DNA from: Candidatus Staskawiczbacteria bacterium
GTDB lineage: Bacteria; Patescibacteriota; Minisyncoccia; Minisyncoccales; Staskawiczbacteraceae
NCBI GenBank assembly: GCA_903845295.1
Contig: CAIMWV010000015.1
Coordinates: 6,354 to 70,353, forward strand
Direction: 5' to 3'
Length of the DNA stretch: 64,000 nucleotides
Position numbers and translations under genes: made by a program. The notes beneath the pieces are model-generated. The model saw nothing but the letters and a program-made list of their open reading frames with translations. It was not told where the DNA came from and ran no database searches. Shown one piece after another: positions 34,686-42,339 of the stretch (positions within the stretch are counted from its first letter, which is position 1; every line of letters starts with the position of its first letter).

Positions 34686-34756
34686 TCGGGGTACTGAGAT
34701 TTGCACTCAGACTAAATCCTCCCGAAGGACTCGTGCTACTGTTACACTATACCCCG
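34686..34756 (-). tRNA. tRNA-Pro (anticodon CGG)
   Basis: Reverse complement cggggta...taccccga, anticodon arm agtcc-ttcggga-ggatt. T arm ctgag-tgcaaat-ctcag has a non-canonical T loop. Confidence 0.85.
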
Positions 34757-34833
34757 TTATATAAACCTACATCATTATTAAAAATTGTAAATTTAAAATT
34801 AAAAATTCCAAAATTTCCAGCTGGAAATTTTGG

Positions 34834-36348
34834 CTACGTTACCCAATATTTTTGTTTCGTCATTTCATCTTCTTTGGTTTCAATTTCCGATTTTTCTTCT
34901 TTTGATTTTTCTGCCATTTTTTTCAATTCTTTATCCGGCAATTTTCCTAATTTCAAAGCCTCTTTTTCCAAGAATTCTTTGGTATTTTTTTTAGGATCAT
35001 CTAAAACGTAACCCAATAGCACATCTAGGGTCTGGCCTATTCTTGGTCCTGGCTTTATGTTTAAAATCGACACCAGATCATTTCCGTTGATTTCCAGCAT
35101 TTTGGCAGAAATGGGGTCTTTGGAAACTTTTTCAATCAGATATTTTAAGTGCCTTAATTTATACGGTTCGGCTTTCGGCACCCCCGACCCTATTCTGTCA
35201 GCCTGGCGCACCTGCAAAAGCTCTTCCATGTTTTCCAACCCTACATTTTTTACCAATCTCCGCACAGATGCATCTTTGACCTCGTCAACATTGTAATAAA
35301 ATAAATGGTATCTTACAAGCTTGGTTATTTTCTCAACATCTTTTTTGGGAAATTTCAAATTATTTAGAATTTGGAAAGCCATCCTGGCCCCCACAATTTC
35401 ATGGTTATAAAAAGTCGCGTTTTCCCCCTCCCCGGATTTAGCTTTAGGTTTTCCAATGTCATGCAACAAGGCGGCCAATCTCACATGCATATTAAATTTT
35501 TTCTTTGCAGTATATTCCAAAGATTTTATTGCGTGCTGGTAACAGTCGTAAATATGGTGTTTGTTCTGCGAAACGCCGTAATTATCCAGAAGCTCGGGCA
35601 CAATATATTTTAACAGCCCTAGTTCCCTCAGCAATTCGATTCCCGCCGAAGGCCCTGAGGACATTCGGCTGAGCTCAGTCGAAGCCCCTGTCGAAGGGTC
35701 TGCCATTATTATTTTTACAAATTCGTCCCTGATTCTTTCTTTAGAAATCGCTTCCAGCCAGATGCTATTTTTTTTAATTGCCTCGGCGGTATTTTTTTCA
35801 ATTGCAAAACCCTTCGACCCGCTCAGGGCAGGTCCAAGCGTTGTTGCAAACCTTACAGCCCTCAGCATTCTTAAGGCATCTTCATCAAATCTTTCCTCCG
35901 GATTTCCGACAGTTTTTATTATCTTGTTTTTCAAATCTTTTTGTCCATCAAATAAATCAACAATTTTCTTTTTCTCATCCATCGCCATCGCATTTATGGT
36001 AAAATCCCTCCGGCTTAAGTCATCCTCAAGAGTTTTGGCATATTTTACTTGGTCAGGATGTCTTTTATCAGAATATTTTGCCTCAAGCCTGTAAGTTGTA
36101 ATTTCAATTTCCGCCAATTCAGGGCTTTTGCTGCCGGTTCTTGCGGTAACTGTCAAAAAATTATTTTCATAAAAACTATTGGGAAACACTTTTTGGATTT
36201 CTTCGGGCTTAGCATTAGTTGTAACATCCCAGTCTTTCGGTTCTATGCCAAGTAAAAAATCGCGCACGCATCCGCCCACGACATACGCCTCGTAACCTGC
36301 TTTTTGCAAATCTTGGATTATTTTTTTTACTTCTTTAGGAATAGCCAT
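34834..36348 (-). CDS. cca: CCA-adding enzyme / poly(A) polymerase-family nucleotidyltransferase with HD domain
   Basis: 504 aa. GGCVRD...DWDV head domain, RDFTINAM, HD motif LLHDIGK. Contains two in-frame G+C-rich inserts. Confidence 0.85.
   Translation of the reverse strand: MAIPKEVKKIIQDLQKAGYEAYVVGGCVRDFLLGIEPKDWDVTTNAKPEEIQKVFPNSFYENNFLTVTARTGSKSPELAEIEITTYRLEAKYSDKRHPDQVKYAKTLEDDLSRRDFTINAMAMDEKKKIVDLFDGQKDLKNKIIKTVGNPEERFDEDALRMLRAVRFATTLGPALSGSKGFAIEKNTAEAIKKNSIWLEAISKERIRDEFVKIIMADPSTGASTELSRMSSGPSAGIELLRELGLLKYIVPELLDNYGVSQNKHHIYDCYQHAIKSLEYTAKKKFNMHVRLAALLHDIGKPKAKSGEGENATFYNHEIVGARMAFQILNNLKFPKKDVEKITKLVRYHLFYYNVDEVKDASVRRLVKNVGLENMEELLQVRQADRIGSGVPKAEPYKLRHLKYLIEKVSKDPISAKMLEINGNDLVSILNIKPGPRIGQTLDVLLGYVLDDPKKNTKEFLEKEALKLGKLPDKELKKMAEKSKEEKSEIETKEDEMTKQKYWVT
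35642..35699. repeat. Compound G+C-rich mini-element (inside cca; encodes DPSTGASTELSRMSSGPSAG)
   Basis: cccgccgaaggccctgagg...gagctcagtcgaagcccctgtcgaaggg. Confidence 0.6.
35810..35829. repeat. G+C-rich mini-element copy (inside cca, opposite orientation; encodes ALSGSKG)
   Basis: cccttcgacccgctcagggc. Confidence 0.6.
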
Positions 36349-36443
36349 CTTAATTGAATTTTGAATTTAGTATTTTGAATTTTGAATGGAATTTAGAATA
36401 TTGAATTCTGGATTCTTTATTCTATTCTGGATTCTGACTTCAG
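36349..36443 (-). repeat. AT-rich AGAAT-repeat upstream module, copy 1 (abuts cca ATG)
   Basis: The sense strand ctgaagtcagaatccagaatagaataaagaatccagaattcaatattctaaattccattcaaaattcaaaatactaaattcaaaattcaattaag-ATG is homologous to 56307-56406. Confidence 0.6.
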
Positions 36444-36475
36444 AATACTATATTTTAATCATATTATCCTAAAAC

Positions 36476-36504
36476 TTGTGTTTTTTCAATTTTTTATGTA
36501 AAAT
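36476..36504 (+). promoter_or_regulatory. Promoter of tRNA-Arg(TCG) and the pilin-like gene
   Basis: TTGTGT, 17 nt, TGTAAAAT (extended -10). Confidence 0.4.
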
Positions 36505-36533
36505 AATACAATTATTAGCATTTTTAATTTCGT

Positions 36534-36605
36534 GCCCCTGTGTTGAAATGGATATCATCTTTGCCTTCGAAGCAAAGGTTGAGGGTTCGAGTCCTTCCAG
36601 GGGCA
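36534..36605 (+). tRNA. tRNA-Arg (anticodon TCG)
   Basis: Acceptor gcccctg/caggggc, anticodon arm tttgc-cttcgaa-gcaaa, T arm gaggg-ttcgagt-ccttc. Confidence 0.9.
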
Positions 36606-36614
36606 CAAGAAAAT

Positions 36615-37028
36615 ATGAAAAAAATATTTTTATTGATTATTTTATTATCAATAATTTTTGCACCTGTTTTTGCAAGCGCCGCAGGATTAGTGCCATGCAC
36701 TGGAGCTGTAACTTGCACAGGCACGGCTCCCAATCAAACCTGTACAACCGATTGCACTATAAGCGCGTTTTTTACCCTGATTTTAAATATTTATAATTTC
36801 ATAGTACAAGATATAGCCACGCCATTGGCAATATTATCAATCTCAATCGGAGGAATTATTATGATGATTTCAGCCGGCAATCCAAACCTATTAGGGCTTG
36901 GCAAAAAGATTTTTTATGCTGCAATCATCGGATTGGTTTTGGTTTTCTGTTCATGGTTGATAATTAATTTTATAATGCAGGCGGTCGGATATACCGCCAA
37001 TGGAGGAGCCTGGTCAAGCCTTCCATAA
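36615..37028 (+). CDS. Small secreted two-TM pilin-like protein (TrbC/VirB2-style T4SS pilin family common in CPR)
   Basis: Track ORF 36540..37028 trimmed to MKKIFLLIILL. Signal peptide, then AAGLVPCTG...C...C motif, then two hydrophobic helices. The ATG is 9 nt after the tRNA. Confidence 0.6.
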   Translation: MKKIFLLIILLSIIFAPVFASAAGLVPCTGAVTCTGTAPNQTCTTDCTISAFFTLILNIYNFIVQDIATPLAILSISIGGIIMMISAGNPNLLGLGKKIFYAAIIGLVLVFCSWLIINFIMQAVGYTANGGAWSSLP

Positions 37029-37081
37029 ACCCGCGCCCCCTAGCAATTGGTTTAAAAATCGTTTAGTATCACTTGTGCCCA

Positions 37082-37154
37082 GCCCTCATAGCTCAGCTGG
37101 TAGAGCAGTTGCCTCTTAAGCAATTGGTCACAGGTTCGAATCCTGTTGAGGGCA
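37082..37154 (+). tRNA. tRNA-Lys (anticodon CTT)
   Basis: Acceptor gccctca/tgagggc, anticodon arm gttgc-ctcttaa-gcaat, T arm acagg-ttcgaat-cctgt. Confidence 0.9.
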
Positions 37155-37155
37155 C

Positions 37156-37428
37156 ATGTTCTATGTTTATTTTTTATTTTTAAATAACCAAAATATTTAT
37201 AAAGGATTTACTGCCGATTTAGAAAGAAAAATCGAATAACACAAAACAGGAAGGGTTGCATCAACAAAAAATAAAAATCCGACGCTTATCCACTATGAAG
37301 CCTATCTGCTAAAAACAGATGCGGAAAGGCGCGAGAGATTTCTCAAAACTACTGAGGGCAGAAGATTGCTTAAACAACAATTAAAAGATTTACTAAATAA
37401 ATTAGGTTCGTCAGGTCATTCGACCTGA
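37156..37428 (+). pseudogene. GIY-YIG nuclease gene with in-frame TAA (37237-37239), inserted at the tRNA-Lys 3' end
   Basis: MFYVYFLFLNNQNIYKGFTADLERKIE*HKTGRVASTKNKNPTLIHYEAYLLKTDAERRERFLKTTEGRRLL... parallels the intact copy at 34152..34391. The stop replaces the conserved Glu (GAA to TAA). Confidence 0.7.
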
Positions 37429-37466
37429 CGCCCAGTCGGATGACTGGGCGAATCCTGTTGAGGGCA

Positions 37467-37495
37467 CCCTTCGACTCGCTTAGCTCGCTCAGGGC
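37467..37495. repeat. G+C-rich mini-element copy (intergenic)
   Basis: cccttcgactcgcttagctcgctcagggc. Confidence 0.5.
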
Positions 37496-37580
37496 GAACT
37501 TCTTTACAAAAGAACAAAATTAGAGTATATTATATCTATTATTAACCTTGGACGCCGGAAGCGCCCTTGTATATTAAAAA

Positions 37581-37850
37581 ATGTCGTTAACAACAAAAGA
37601 AAAGACAAAAATAATAAAAGACGTTAGTGAAGACGAAAAAAATACGGGCTCTGCTGATGTGCAGATTGCTTTGTTATCAAAAGCAATAGACAAGCTGGTT
37701 TTGCATCTGAAAAAACACCCTCAAGATGTGCATTCAAAAAAAGGGCTTATCACAATGGTCATAAAAAGGAAAAAACAATTGGCCTATTTGAAAAAAATAT
37801 CTGAAAAAAGATATTCGGCTATCATCAAAAAAATCGGATTAAAAAAGTAA
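37581..37850 (+). CDS. rpsO: 30S ribosomal protein S15
   Basis: 89 aa. GSADVQIALLSKAIDKLVLHLKKHPQDVHSKKGL. TGTATATT lies 5 nt before the ATG. Confidence 0.95.
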   Translation: MSLTTKEKTKIIKDVSEDEKNTGSADVQIALLSKAIDKLVLHLKKHPQDVHSKKGLITMVIKRKKQLAYLKKISEKRYSAIIKKIGLKK

Positions 37851-37874
37851 ACAAATAAATCATAAGGAAATCGC

Positions 37875-38378
37875 ATGCAGCCAAAACCAAAAGAGCAGAG
37901 AGTAGAGGTGCTCATAGACGTACAAAATTTGTATTATTCAGCAAAAAACCTTTACCACTCGAAAGTCAATTTTCAGGAAGTTTTAAAACAGGCAGTTGCC
38001 GGTAGAAAGTTTATTAGGGCTTTTGGTTATGTAGTGCGTACAAAAACTGGCGAAGAAGCGCCATTTTTTGATGCATTGAGCAAAATTGGAATTGAAACAA
38101 GAGTAAGAGATCTGCAGGAGTTTTATGGAGGAGCGAAAAAGGCTGACTGGGATGTCGGGATTGTAATTGATGCGATAAGAACTGCTCCGGGATTAGACGT
38201 AATTGTTTTAGTGTCAGGCGACGGAGATTTTATTCCCTTGGTAGAGTATTTAAAAAACTTTGGGAAAAGAGTTGAAGTGGTTGCATTTGGCAGGACAACT
38301 TCAGCAAAACTAAAAGAGGTTGCCGATGAGTTTATCGATTTAGATGAAAATGTTGCAAAATTTTTGTTGAAAAAATAA
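37875..38378 (+). CDS. NYN-domain (LabA/DUF88-like) protein
   Basis: 167 aa. VEVLIDVQNLYYS...DWDVGIVIDAI...VIVLVSGDGDFIPLVEYLK. Confidence 0.75.
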   Translation: MQPKPKEQRVEVLIDVQNLYYSAKNLYHSKVNFQEVLKQAVAGRKFIRAFGYVVRTKTGEEAPFFDALSKIGIETRVRDLQEFYGGAKKADWDVGIVIDAIRTAPGLDVIVLVSGDGDFIPLVEYLKNFGKRVEVVAFGRTTSAKLKEVADEFIDLDENVAKFLLKK

Positions 38379-38493
38379 TTATTAAAAAAATAAAATTACT
38401 GCGAAATTTAAGAAGCGTACGGCTATACGAAAGTGCTGGAGTAATCCAACTTTTTGGTATATTCGTACTAATTCGTATTTCGCAGCCAAATAG

Positions 38494-40641
38494 ATGGCAG
38501 TGAAAGATAAGTTCGAAATCAAAGTGGGTGAAAAACCCATAATAATTAAAACTACAAACTGGACGGAGCAGGCGTCCGGTTCTTGTTTGGTCCAGTGCGG
38601 GGAAACAGAAATTCTGGTAACCGCTGTCCTTTCTCCGTTTACAAGGGAAGGAATGGATTATTTTCCTTTAACGGTTGAATACGAGGAAAGGTTTTATGCT
38701 GCGGGAAAAATATTCGGCTCGCGCTTCATGAAAAGAGAAAGCCGGCCGACAGACGAAGCAGTTTTGAATGCGAGAATGATTGACAGGGCAATAAGGCCTT
38801 TATTTCCGAAAGATTTCAAAAAAGAAGTACAGGTTGTTGTCACTTGCCTTTCATGGGATGGAGAAAATGACCCAGATATTTTAGGCATGGTCGGAGCATC
38901 TTTTGCTTTATCAATTTCAAATATCCCTTGGAACGGGCCTTTAGGAGCCATAAGGGTCAGCAGAGTCAACGGGGAATGGATGTTCAATCCAAGCTACAAC
39001 CACAAAAAAGGAAGCGATATGGACTTAACATTATCGGCCATTGAAAGGGACGGAGAAATTTTAATCAACATGATTGAAATGGGAGCTAAAGAAGTTTCAG
39101 AAAAAGATGTTTTGCAGGCTTATGAGGTCGCCAAAAAAGAATTGAAAAAAATAATCGACGTCCAGATTCAGGCGGTAAAAAAAATCGGCAAAACAAAAGA
39201 TGAATTTATGCCCGCGGTTGAATCAGATATTGATAACGAAATAAAAGGATTTTTGGGAGATAAATTGGAAAAAGCGGTTACCGATGCGCCGAATCAGGAA
39301 AAAAATCTTGGGACCACTGAAACATTGAAGCAGGAAATTATAAAATATCTAGAGGAAAGGCATCCCGGAGAAGGAAAAGAAAAACAGGTTTTGGCTTTTG
39401 TCGAGAGAGAAATTGAATCTATTATTATAAAAAATATAATCGAAAAAGACCACAGGCCGGACGGCAGAAAATCAACCGAAATAAGGCCCTTATCGTGCGA
39501 AGTCGGTGTTTTGCCCAGGACCCACGGCTCAGGGGTTTTCTACAGGGGTTTGACAAGGGTGCTTTCAATTTTAACTTTGGGCGGGCCGGGAGACCAGCAA
39601 ACATTGGAAGGCATGGAAATTGTCGGAAAGAAAAGATTTTTGCATCATTATAATTTTCCGCCATTTTCTTCCGGAGAAACGGCTCCTATGAGAGGCCCGA
39701 AAAGAAGGGAAATCGGCCATGGGGCTTTGGTTGAAAAAGCATTGTTGCCCGTAATCCCCGATCCTGAAAAATTTCCTTATACGATAAGAATTGTTTCTGA
39801 AGTTGTTTCTTCAAACGGCTCAACATCACAAGCTTCTGTTTGCGCCTCAACTATCGCTTTAATGGATGCCGGAGTGCCGATTAAAGAACCTGTTGCCGGA
39901 ATTTCAATTGGTTTGGCAAAGGATGAAAAATCCGGAAAATATAAAGTTTTAACTGATATCCAGGGCCCCGAAGACCACTTCGGTGACATGGATTTTAAAG
40001 TTGCAGGAACTAAAAATGGAATCACCGCAATACAAATGGACGTTAAGATAGACGGCATTGATAAAAAAATTATAGAAGAGGCTTTAGACAGGGCAAAAGA
40101 TGCAAGATTAAAAATACTTGATATAATAAAGAAAGAAATACCTGAGCCTAGGAAATCTTTATCGCCCTATGCCCCGAAAATATTTATTTTGACGATAAAC
40201 CCTGCAAAAATCGGCGAGGTTGTAGGCCCTAAAGGAAGCGTGATAAATAAAATAATTGAAGAATGCTCGGTAACAATTGATATAGAAGATACGGGCTTGG
40301 TATTTATTACAGGCCAGGACGAAACCGGCGTTGAAAAAGCCGTGAACTGGATTAAGGGAATTGTAAGAGAAGTCCAGGCTGGCGAAGTATTCCAGGGAAA
40401 AGTTGTAAAAATTATGGACTTCGGAGCCTTTGTTGAAATATTGCCGGGAACAGACGGACTGGTACATATATCAAAATTCGTCCCCTACCAGTTGAAATCC
40501 GTAAAAGACATCGTGAAAGAAGGCGACACAATACCGGTGAAAGTAATGTCTGTAGATGAATTGGGCAGGATAAATCTTTCAGCAATTGACGCGGGATTCA
40601 AACCAAAAGAGCCCAAAAAAGGATTCTTCGAAAAAAAGTAA
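38494..40641 (+). CDS. pnp: Polyribonucleotide nucleotidyltransferase (PNPase)
   Basis: 715 aa. Two RNase PH domains, then KH and S1 domains (GEVFQGKVVKIMDFGAFVEILPGTDGLVHISK). Confidence 0.95.
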   Translation: MAVKDKFEIKVGEKPIIIKTTNWTEQASGSCLVQCGETEILVTAVLSPFTREGMDYFPLTVEYEERFYAAGKIFGSRFMKRESRPTDEAVLNARMIDRAIRPLFPKDFKKEVQVVVTCLSWDGENDPDILGMVGASFALSISNIPWNGPLGAIRVSRVNGEWMFNPSYNHKKGSDMDLTLSAIERDGEILINMIEMGAKEVSEKDVLQAYEVAKKELKKIIDVQIQAVKKIGKTKDEFMPAVESDIDNEIKGFLGDKLEKAVTDAPNQEKNLGTTETLKQEIIKYLEERHPGEGKEKQVLAFVEREIESIIIKNIIEKDHRPDGRKSTEIRPLSCEVGVLPRTHGSGVFYRGLTRVLSILTLGGPGDQQTLEGMEIVGKKRFLHHYNFPPFSSGETAPMRGPKRREIGHGALVEKALLPVIPDPEKFPYTIRIVSEVVSSNGSTSQASVCASTIALMDAGVPIKEPVAGISIGLAKDEKSGKYKVLTDIQGPEDHFGDMDFKVAGTKNGITAIQMDVKIDGIDKKIIEEALDRAKDARLKILDIIKKEIPEPRKSLSPYAPKIFILTINPAKIGEVVGPKGSVINKIIEECSVTIDIEDTGLVFITGQDETGVEKAVNWIKGIVREVQAGEVFQGKVVKIMDFGAFVEILPGTDGLVHISKFVPYQLKSVKDIVKEGDTIPVKVMSVDELGRINLSAIDAGFKPKEPKKGFFEKK

Positions 40642-40738
40642 GCGAATAACAATGAGCTTACCCAGCACTAATTTCCGTTGTAAGTGTGATATAGATTCAC
40701 TAATTATGGAAATTAGTGCTGGGTGCTAGTAAACTCGC
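40642..40738 (+). promoter_or_regulatory. Structured leader with a perfect 17-bp stem, a distant relative of the two-hairpin leader family
   Basis: acccagcactaatttcc (40660-40676) pairs with ggaaattagtgctgggt (40708-40724). The 5' flank gcgaataacaatgagctt resembles copy B. Ends at ATG 40739. Confidence 0.45.
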
Positions 40739-42271
40739 ATGCAGAATAAATATCTTAAAATTTTATTAATTGCATTAATCATTGCTTTTATTGTTCCACA
40801 AATAACCTTGGCTGCCTGGTATAATCCGTTCAGCTGGCACTTTTGGGGCAATTTTTGGAACTATTTTTTCCACAAACAAACGCCTGTGACACAGCAAGTT
40901 CCGCTGACGTCGGGAACGCTTAGAAATGCAACTATCACATATCCTAATCCATACGATACCTCTAAAAATGATACTTTCACTCTTAGTGGAGGCCATGCCA
41001 TAATTTATGATGCTGGAAATATAAAGCCCCGCGCTTATGATGTGGCTGCAACTGCTGTCGGTAATCTCAATAGCGATGGCATGGCTGAAGGAGTTATTGG
41101 GATTTATCAAGGATATGGCGCAAACATAATCGTACCAATCGTTTTTGTTTTTTCTGATAAAAATGGAGTGCTGACACAAATTGATTCTGTTTTGCCCGAT
41201 GCGTCAATTTGGAATAGCGAAACCCAGATAAAATCTATTTCCATAAATAATGGTGTTCTTTCAGTTAATCTTCTTGTCCTAGCTGAAAAAGACCAATCAT
41301 TGCCCCATTACCAGCAACAAGCATCAATAGCAAAAACTGTCCAATATAAACTTATAGATGGAAAATTGATTTTACAACCAACCGACCAAACCGCCGGCTG
41401 GAAAACATTCGTAGGCGTAAACGTGGGCGTTTCGTTTTCGTTTGAATATCCTTCTTCTTGGACTTATCAAAAAGTTAGCTGCAATTTAGATTACATCGCG
41501 TTTTGTCCTCTTGTCGGAAATAGTCCGTCAAATTGTGGCATGACTTGTGCAATGAACAGCCCTAATGCATCGATTTATCTTTACACATTCCAAGGGAGTC
41601 CGGCTATCGGCGTAGCTTCTCAAAATATCAAATATTGGGCAGAACCAAATGCAAGCTTAAATTTGTGGGATAATAAATATAAAGAAATTTATACAGAAAT
41701 GATTTCCACTTTTAAATTTATAACACCAACCGACCAAACCGCTGGCTGGAAAATATACACGAACTCTCAATATGATTTTTCATTATCGTATCCATCCGAT
41801 TTTGCAAACGTAAATGATTTAACGGCCACACAGCAAAATTCACTTCAAACATATATGGAAGTGTGCTTTCGTAACAATAACAATCCGAACGAAACAGATT
41901 TTTGTTATATAGGCAACCAAACATCGGATGGATTCGCAGCTGCTTCTCTAAATATAGCCGCCAGTGCATCCACGACTATGCAAGATTGCGAGAAGTCAGA
42001 AGGATATGGACCAGATGGTGAACAAGCCCAAACCCAACCGACAACGATTAATGGTATTATTTTTTACAACGCTCAACTTGCTGACGCTGGTCTAGGCCAT
42101 TATGTATCGACAGATTCTTACAGAACATATCACGGAGGAACGTGTTACACAATAGATTTAAATATTGAGTCTGACCGAGGCGTTTCAGAAAAAGGACTCA
42201 GTGCTGATTTTTCTTCCATGATGCACTCTAAGTTAAAATCAATTATTTCCACTTTTAAATTTACTAAATAG
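40739..42271 (+). CDS. Secreted hypothetical protein with two DQTAGWK...STFKF modules
   Basis: 510 aa with a signal/TM segment. Internal repeats start at PTDQTAGWKTF and PTDQTAGWKIY. Ends STFKFTK, like 18801..19559. Confidence 0.65.
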   Translation: MQNKYLKILLIALIIAFIVPQITLAAWYNPFSWHFWGNFWNYFFHKQTPVTQQVPLTSGTLRNATITYPNPYDTSKNDTFTLSGGHAIIYDAGNIKPRAYDVAATAVGNLNSDGMAEGVIGIYQGYGANIIVPIVFVFSDKNGVLTQIDSVLPDASIWNSETQIKSISINNGVLSVNLLVLAEKDQSLPHYQQQASIAKTVQYKLIDGKLILQPTDQTAGWKTFVGVNVGVSFSFEYPSSWTYQKVSCNLDYIAFCPLVGNSPSNCGMTCAMNSPNASIYLYTFQGSPAIGVASQNIKYWAEPNASLNLWDNKYKEIYTEMISTFKFITPTDQTAGWKIYTNSQYDFSLSYPSDFANVNDLTATQQNSLQTYMEVCFRNNNNPNETDFCYIGNQTSDGFAAASLNIAASASTTMQDCEKSEGYGPDGEQAQTQPTTINGIIFYNAQLADAGLGHYVSTDSYRTYHGGTCYTIDLNIESDRGVSEKGLSADFSSMMHSKLKSIISTFKFTK

Positions 42272-42339
42272 TGTTTAAAAATTTAGATATTTAAAATTGA
42301 TTAAAAATTTGAAATTATAAATTAAAAATTTTCGTTGAT

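Noticed and set aside
36349-36460. CRISPR array or other regularly spaced repeat
   Set aside because: The AGAAT-rich repeats at 36349-36443 and 56307-56406 have 6-7 nt periodicity and no spacer structure. No repeat-spacer architecture and no cas gene was seen anywhere in the window.
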